From contig SLAA01000058.1 of NCBI GenBank assembly GCA_007127105.1, positions 1 to 62,099 on the forward strand: 62,099 nt of DNA, written 5' to 3'. A model generated the notes under the pieces. It made no database searches. It worked only from the letters and a program-made list of their open reading frames with translations, and was not told the DNA's origin. Below are positions 58,122-62,099 of the stretch, piece after piece; position 1 is the stretch's first letter, and the number at the start of each line of letters is the position of its first letter. Both the position numbers and the translations under genes were made by a program. The DNA comes from Spirochaetales bacterium (GTDB lineage Bacteria; Spirochaetota; Spirochaetia; DSM-27196; SLAA01).

Positions 58122-60829
58122 GATTTGTCCTTAGGCGCCTTCTTCTCTTCTTTTTTGTCGGAAAGTGGAGCTCCAAGTTTTTTGGCCACTTCTTTCATTT
58201 CAAAGACCTCAATGATATCGCCTTGCTTCAGGTCCGTAAACTTTTCAATTCCAACGCCACACTCGTAACCTGAGTCCACTTCGCGCGCATCGTCCTTGAA
58301 GCGTCTAAGAGAAGAAATTTTCCCGGTGTGTAGTTCTATACCGTCTCGGATTACATGGGCCATTGCGCCACGTCGCACCTTACCGCTGGTGACATAACAG
58401 CCTGCAATAACGCCGATCTTTGGCACCTTAAAGGTTTCGCGCACCTCTACAGTTCCAAGAGCTTCTTCCTTAATGTCGGGCGAGAGCATGCCTTCCATCG
58501 CCGACCGGATATCTTCAACTGCGTCGTAAATGATGTTGTACTTGCGAATCTCTACCTTTTCCTGCTCGGCAACTGCCTGAGCACGGGGTGTGGGACGCAC
58601 ATGAAATCCAACAATGATGGCATTTGAGGCGGCTGCCAGCATAACGTCGTTCTCGTTAATTGCGCCAGCTGAGCTATGTATTGCTACCAACCGAATCTCG
58701 GCTGTGGAGAGTTTCTCCAGCGTAGACTGAAGCGCCTCCACCGATCCGTGAACATCGCCCTTAATGATGACCTTGAGCTCTTGTATCGCACCAGCCTGGA
58801 TGCTGTCGTAGAGGTTGTCGAGTGTAATCTTCTTAACGTTCTTCGCCTCTTCAACCTTGCGAAGTTCCTGTCGTTTATTTCCAATTTGCCGCGCGTACTT
58901 CTCACTCTCGGTAACCTGGAAGGGATTGCCCGCATCCGGTACCCCGGTGAAGCCAAGAATCTCAACCGGCATCGATGGTGTCGCCTCTTCTACGCGCTCA
59001 CCACGGTCGTTGAACATGGCTCGAACCTTTCCTGGGAAAATTCCTGCGATAAAGCTGTCGCCCACACGCAGTGTTCCGCGCTCTATGAGTACAGTTGACA
59101 CGGTACCGCGACCTGGATCGATGCGTGACTCAATTACTTTTCCTTCCGCCGGGGCATCATGATTCGCCTTGAGCTCCATTACCTCGGTTTGAAGTATAAT
59201 GGTCTCCAACAGCTCCTCAATTCCCTCTCGCTTCAGAGCCGAGATCTCACAGTAGAGTGTGGATCCACCCCAGTCCTCAGGAATAAGATCATGCTCGGAA
59301 AGCTGTTGCTTAACGCGATCAGGGTTTGCTTCTGGCAGATCAATTTTGTTAATAGCCACGATAATGGGAACCTTAGCCTCACGAGCGTGATTTATGGCCT
59401 CTACGGTTTGGGGCATGACGCCGTCGTTTGCCGCAACCACAAGAATCACAAAGTCGGTTACCTGGGCTCCGCGGGAACGCATGAGAGTAAAGGCTTCATG
59501 GCCAGGTGTATCGAGAAAGGTCAACTTCCCTTGCGGCGTTACGACCTGGTAGGCACCAATATGCTGCGTGATACCGCCGGACTCGCCTGCGACTACGTCG
59601 GTGGTGCGGATTGCGTCGAGCAGCTTCGTCTTACCGTGGTCGACGTGACCCATCACCGTAATGATAGGTGAACGTGGCTTCAGGTCGCTTTCTTCGTCCT
59701 TTGGAGTTTCAATTAAGGTCTCGTCGTACAAGGAAACAATGCGAACCTTACAGTCATACTCCGCAGCTAGAATCTCCGCGGTCTCCGCGTCAATTTGCTG
59801 ATTGATGGTGACCATCATCCCCATTGACATCAGTTTCCCGATCAGGTCCGAGGCCTTTAGGTTCATCTTGCGCGCAAGATCGGATACCGTGATGACCTCC
59901 ATGATGTCGATCTCTTTCGGCACCGGATTAATCTTGGGTATAGGCTTCTTGTTCTTGAAGCTAATTTGCTTCTCTTGGTAGCGATCCTTCTTGTAGTTGT
60001 CGCCCTTGCGTCCACGTCCGCGCGGCGGCCGTTTTTGCTGGACACCACGATCTGTTGGAGAAGGAGGTGCGCCACTGCCACCGCCTGGGCCGCGTCCGCC
60101 TGGACCTGGTGGTCGGCCTGGACCGCTTCCACCCGGCCTTCCAGGGCCACCTGGGCGCGCGGGTCCGGAACCACCTGGCCTAAAGCCACCACCGGTGGTG
60201 CTGCGAGGTGCACCTGGGCCGCCGGTACGAGCTTGAGGGCCTCTCTGTCCTGGTCCTGACGGGCCGCGATCTCCACCGGGTCGTGGGGGATACCCACCAC
60301 CGGTGCCGGTTCCGCTGCGCTGCGGGGGTCGGCCACGATCAGCGTATCCGCCAGATGGTCTGTCGCTGCTGCCAGCATAGCCACCACGGTCACGATCCTG
60401 AGGAGGACGGGGTCCCCCTTCAGGTCGTCCGGTCGGTCCACGGCGAAAACGGTCACCGCTCGGCGGCGTTGTGCCGGAGTCACGGCCTGTGGGACTGCCT
60501 GGTCGACGCTCGTCCTCGGATTGAAGACGCGTGCGTTCTACCGCCGGCCTGTCGGTTGGAGATTTTGCCCGCGTGTCGTCCGAGTCAGATGATCCAGGTG
60601 TGCGCGCTGGCCCCTCAGTTGGAACGCCGGTCTCGGGATTAATGCTCGGCTGAGGCTTCGGTTTTCGTTTGACCACGACACGTACTTTCTTCTTCTCGGT
60701 CTTGTCACCCTCAGCGGCAGCGGGAGGAGCCTCGCTAGCAGGAGGAGCCGCTTCTTTCTTCGGCTCCTCTTTGCGGTGCTTGATGAGTGTCGTTTTTGGT
60801 TTCTGCTGTTTATCCTGATCCTCAGCCAT
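58118..60829 (-). CDS. infB: translation initiation factor IF-2
   Basis: G domain GHVDHGKT / DTPGHEAF / NKID. N-terminal ~250 aa are Gly/Pro/Arg-rich low complexity. Confidence 0.95.
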   Translation of the reverse strand: MAEDQDKQQKPKTTLIKHRKEEPKKEAAPPASEAPPAAAEGDKTEKKKVRVVVKRKPKPQPSINPETGVPTEGPARTPGSSDSDDTRAKSPTDRPAVERTRLQSEDERRPGSPTGRDSGTTPPSGDRFRRGPTGRPEGGPRPPQDRDRGGYAGSSDRPSGGYADRGRPPQRSGTGTGGGYPPRPGGDRGPSGPGQRGPQARTGGPGAPRSTTGGGFRPGGSGPARPGGPGRPGGSGPGRPPGPGGRGPGGGSGAPPSPTDRGVQQKRPPRGRGRKGDNYKKDRYQEKQISFKNKKPIPKINPVPKEIDIMEVITVSDLARKMNLKASDLIGKLMSMGMMVTINQQIDAETAEILAAEYDCKVRIVSLYDETLIETPKDEESDLKPRSPIITVMGHVDHGKTKLLDAIRTTDVVAGESGGITQHIGAYQVVTPQGKLTFLDTPGHEAFTLMRSRGAQVTDFVILVVAANDGVMPQTVEAINHAREAKVPIIVAINKIDLPEANPDRVKQQLSEHDLIPEDWGGSTLYCEISALKREGIEELLETIILQTEVMELKANHDAPAEGKVIESRIDPGRGTVSTVLIERGTLRVGDSFIAGIFPGKVRAMFNDRGERVEEATPSMPVEILGFTGVPDAGNPFQVTESEKYARQIGNKRQELRKVEEAKNVKKITLDNLYDSIQAGAIQELKVIIKGDVHGSVEALQSTLEKLSTAEIRLVAIHSSAGAINENDVMLAAASNAIIVGFHVRPTPRAQAVAEQEKVEIRKYNIIYDAVEDIRSAMEGMLSPDIKEEALGTVEVRETFKVPKIGVIAGCYVTSGKVRRGAMAHVIRDGIELHTGKISSLRRFKDDAREVDSGYECGVGIEKFTDLKQGDIIEVFEMKEVAKKLGAPLSDKKEEKKAPKDKS

Positions 60830-60864
60830 AGTACCTTTTCCCTGTTGTATCGGTACGAGTGTAA

Positions 60865-60882
60865 CGCCGATTGTGATCGGCG
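60865..60882 (-). other. stem-loop in the nusA-infB spacer
   Basis: CGCCGAT-CACA-ATCGGCG on the minus strand (7-bp stem). No U-tract. Confidence 0.35.
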
Positions 60883-60891
60883 CGAGATTAT

Positions 60892-62099
60892 TTACTCATC
60901 CTCGTCCTCTTGTTCGATAATTTCTACGTTCTCCGCAATAATTTGCCGGAGAAATCCTGCTCCCTCGGCACTCAAACCTGGAATTTGTTCGAGTTCAGCG
61001 TTTGGTAGCCCTAGAAGATCAACAATCTCCTCTACCCCGTACGCCACGAGCGCGTTCGCAATGTCTTCAGTGATGTCCGGGAGCTCGGACACTTTGCTAA
61101 TTTCCTGAGTATCGTCTTCAGTCACGTCTTCCTCGGCTGTTTCGTCTGAAAGCGAATCTCCTGCAACAGCTGGTTCCCCGTCGTTTTCAACCGGAACCTC
61201 GGTGTCGTAGGCGCCCTCAGCTTCTTCCTGGTACTCAACTTCGTCTTCATCTTCCGGTTCAATAAACTCAACGCTCTCAGTGATGATGCGCCGCAGCTCA
61301 GTGCGCTCGGTGTCCTCGAGCCCTTCAATAGAGTCGAGTTCGTCGAAGTCCAGATCCACTAGATCAGATATGCGCTCAATCTCAATATTCTTGAGTGCTG
61401 CGACCATGGTCTCGGTGATGCCGGGAAGTACCGAAATCTCAGGATCTTCATCCTGGGTTTCGTCTGCCTCTTCTCGGAAAAGTCGTGAAACTGCACGTTT
61501 GTGTTCGGCGGTAATGTCCATTTCGTCAAACTGAACGTCGGTTTTGACGTCGATAGACCAGTCGGCGAGGCGGTTCGCGAGCCGTACGTTGAGTCCCTGT
61601 TTGCCAATGGCTAACGAGAGTTGATTGTCGCCGACAATGGCGAGTGCTTGTCGCTTTGCTTCATCTAGCACCACAACCTGCGAGACCTCGGCTGGCGATA
61701 ATGCATTCTTAATGAACTCTACCGGATCGATATCGTACTTGAGAATATCAATCTTCTCGCCTTCGAGTTCTCGCACGATAGACTGTATTCGCACCCCACG
61801 CATACCGACACATGCACCGACCGGGTCGACGTCTTCTCTGTTAGAGTAGACCGCGATTTTGGTACGGTAACCAGGCTCACGGACAATTTTGTAGATTTCT
61901 ACTGTCTTGTCGTAAATTTCAGGTACTTCCAACTCAAAAACTCGGCGAACAAACTCAGTATGAGTACGCGAGAGGACAATCTGAAGTCCGCTTGGCGTCT
62001 TGTTTACTTCGTAGATAAGAGCCTTGATTCGGTCGTTTGGACGATATATTTCCCGTGGCGATTGGTATCTTTTTGGAAGAATACCTTCCGTCTTCCCTA
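60892..62099 (-). CDS. nusA: transcription termination/antitermination factor NusA (N-terminus beyond right edge)
   Basis: The frame stays open to the window edge. My translation upstream of the track start reads ...ILPKRYQSPREIYRPNDRIKALIYEVNKTPSGLQIVLSRTHTEFVRRVFELEVPEIYD. S1 and KH motifs (DPVGACVGMRGVRIQ), and two HhH repeats separated by an acidic linker. Confidence 0.92.
   Translation of the reverse strand, partial: GKTEGILPKRYQSPREIYRPNDRIKALIYEVNKTPSGLQIVLSRTHTEFVRRVFELEVPEIYDKTVEIYKIVREPGYRTKIAVYSNREDVDPVGACVGMRGVRIQSIVRELEGEKIDILKYDIDPVEFIKNALSPAEVSQVVVLDEAKRQALAIVGDNQLSLAIGKQGLNVRLANRLADWSIDVKTDVQFDEMDITAEHKRAVSRLFREEADETQDEDPEISVLPGITETMVAALKNIEIERISDLVDLDFDELDSIEGLEDTERTELRRIITESVEFIEPEDEDEVEYQEEAEGAYDTEVPVENDGEPAVAGDSLSDETAEEDVTEDDTQEISKVSELPDITEDIANALVAYGVEEIVDLLGLPNAELEQIPGLSAEGAGFLRQIIAENVEIIEQEDEDE

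Noticed and set aside
59863-60642. Track ORFs of 79-206 aa in other frames and on the opposite strand inside infB.
   Set aside because: They are confined to the GC-rich Gly/Pro/Arg-coding block of IF-2. Their open frames are a compositional artefact.

Overview
This 62.1-kb window is a chromosomal segment from a spirochaete. The taxon call rests on three things: a minus-strand gene at the left edge that begins MIINHNMS (the FlaB flagellin N-terminus), a ~900-aa GreA, and the gene neighbourhoods. The content is almost entirely core housekeeping and is tightly packed, with many 1-4 nt start/stop overlaps.

Genes, left to right:
- flaB (5' end only), a 601-aa orphan protein, HIT, map, tRNA-Thr and tRNA-Tyr.
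- A YkgJ / MBL-hydrolase pair and a ~1350-aa modular OmpA-family envelope protein.
- mltG, dnaG-rpoD, a COG1579 zinc-ribbon protein followed by RNase P RNA, and mreBCD-mrdA.
- All remaining genes are on the minus strand except prs, greA and two hypotheticals: mazG, a signalling block (GAF sigma-54 activator, TPR protein, CHASE2 adenylate cyclase, lipoprotein, GlsB-like protein), rpsA, cmk, rluB, scpBA, folK, recA.
- prs (+), dtd, a TPR/secreted-protein trio, rpe, long greA (+), HEAT protein-murJ-tgt, lptFG, dut, pnp, rpsO, ribF, truB, rbfA, infB, nusA (truncated at the right edge).

I found no CRISPR array, transposase, integrase, phage, restriction-modification, toxin-antitoxin or other recognisable defence or mobile module. 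I cannot point to a compact novel gene system.

The most unusual locus is the zone at 22.4-23.9 kb. Gene orientation across the whole window converges there. It holds the only long ORF-free stretch (~470 bp). That stretch contains a dif-like 28-mer, two perfect tandem DnaA boxes, and a strongly G/T-skewed array of TGTGG and GCTGG oligomers. I read this as a probable replication-terminus region with extra, unexplained DNA signals.

Secondary points of interest:
- A flaB leader hairpin that presents GGA, plus the SD (a CsrA-type arrangement).
- The eight-module A/B-alternating Ig-like repeat protein.
- The poly-acidic tail on the zinc-ribbon protein next to rnpB.
- The GAF-EBP / CHASE2-cyclase neighbourhood.

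All functional calls come from motifs I recognise in the translations. No searches were run.
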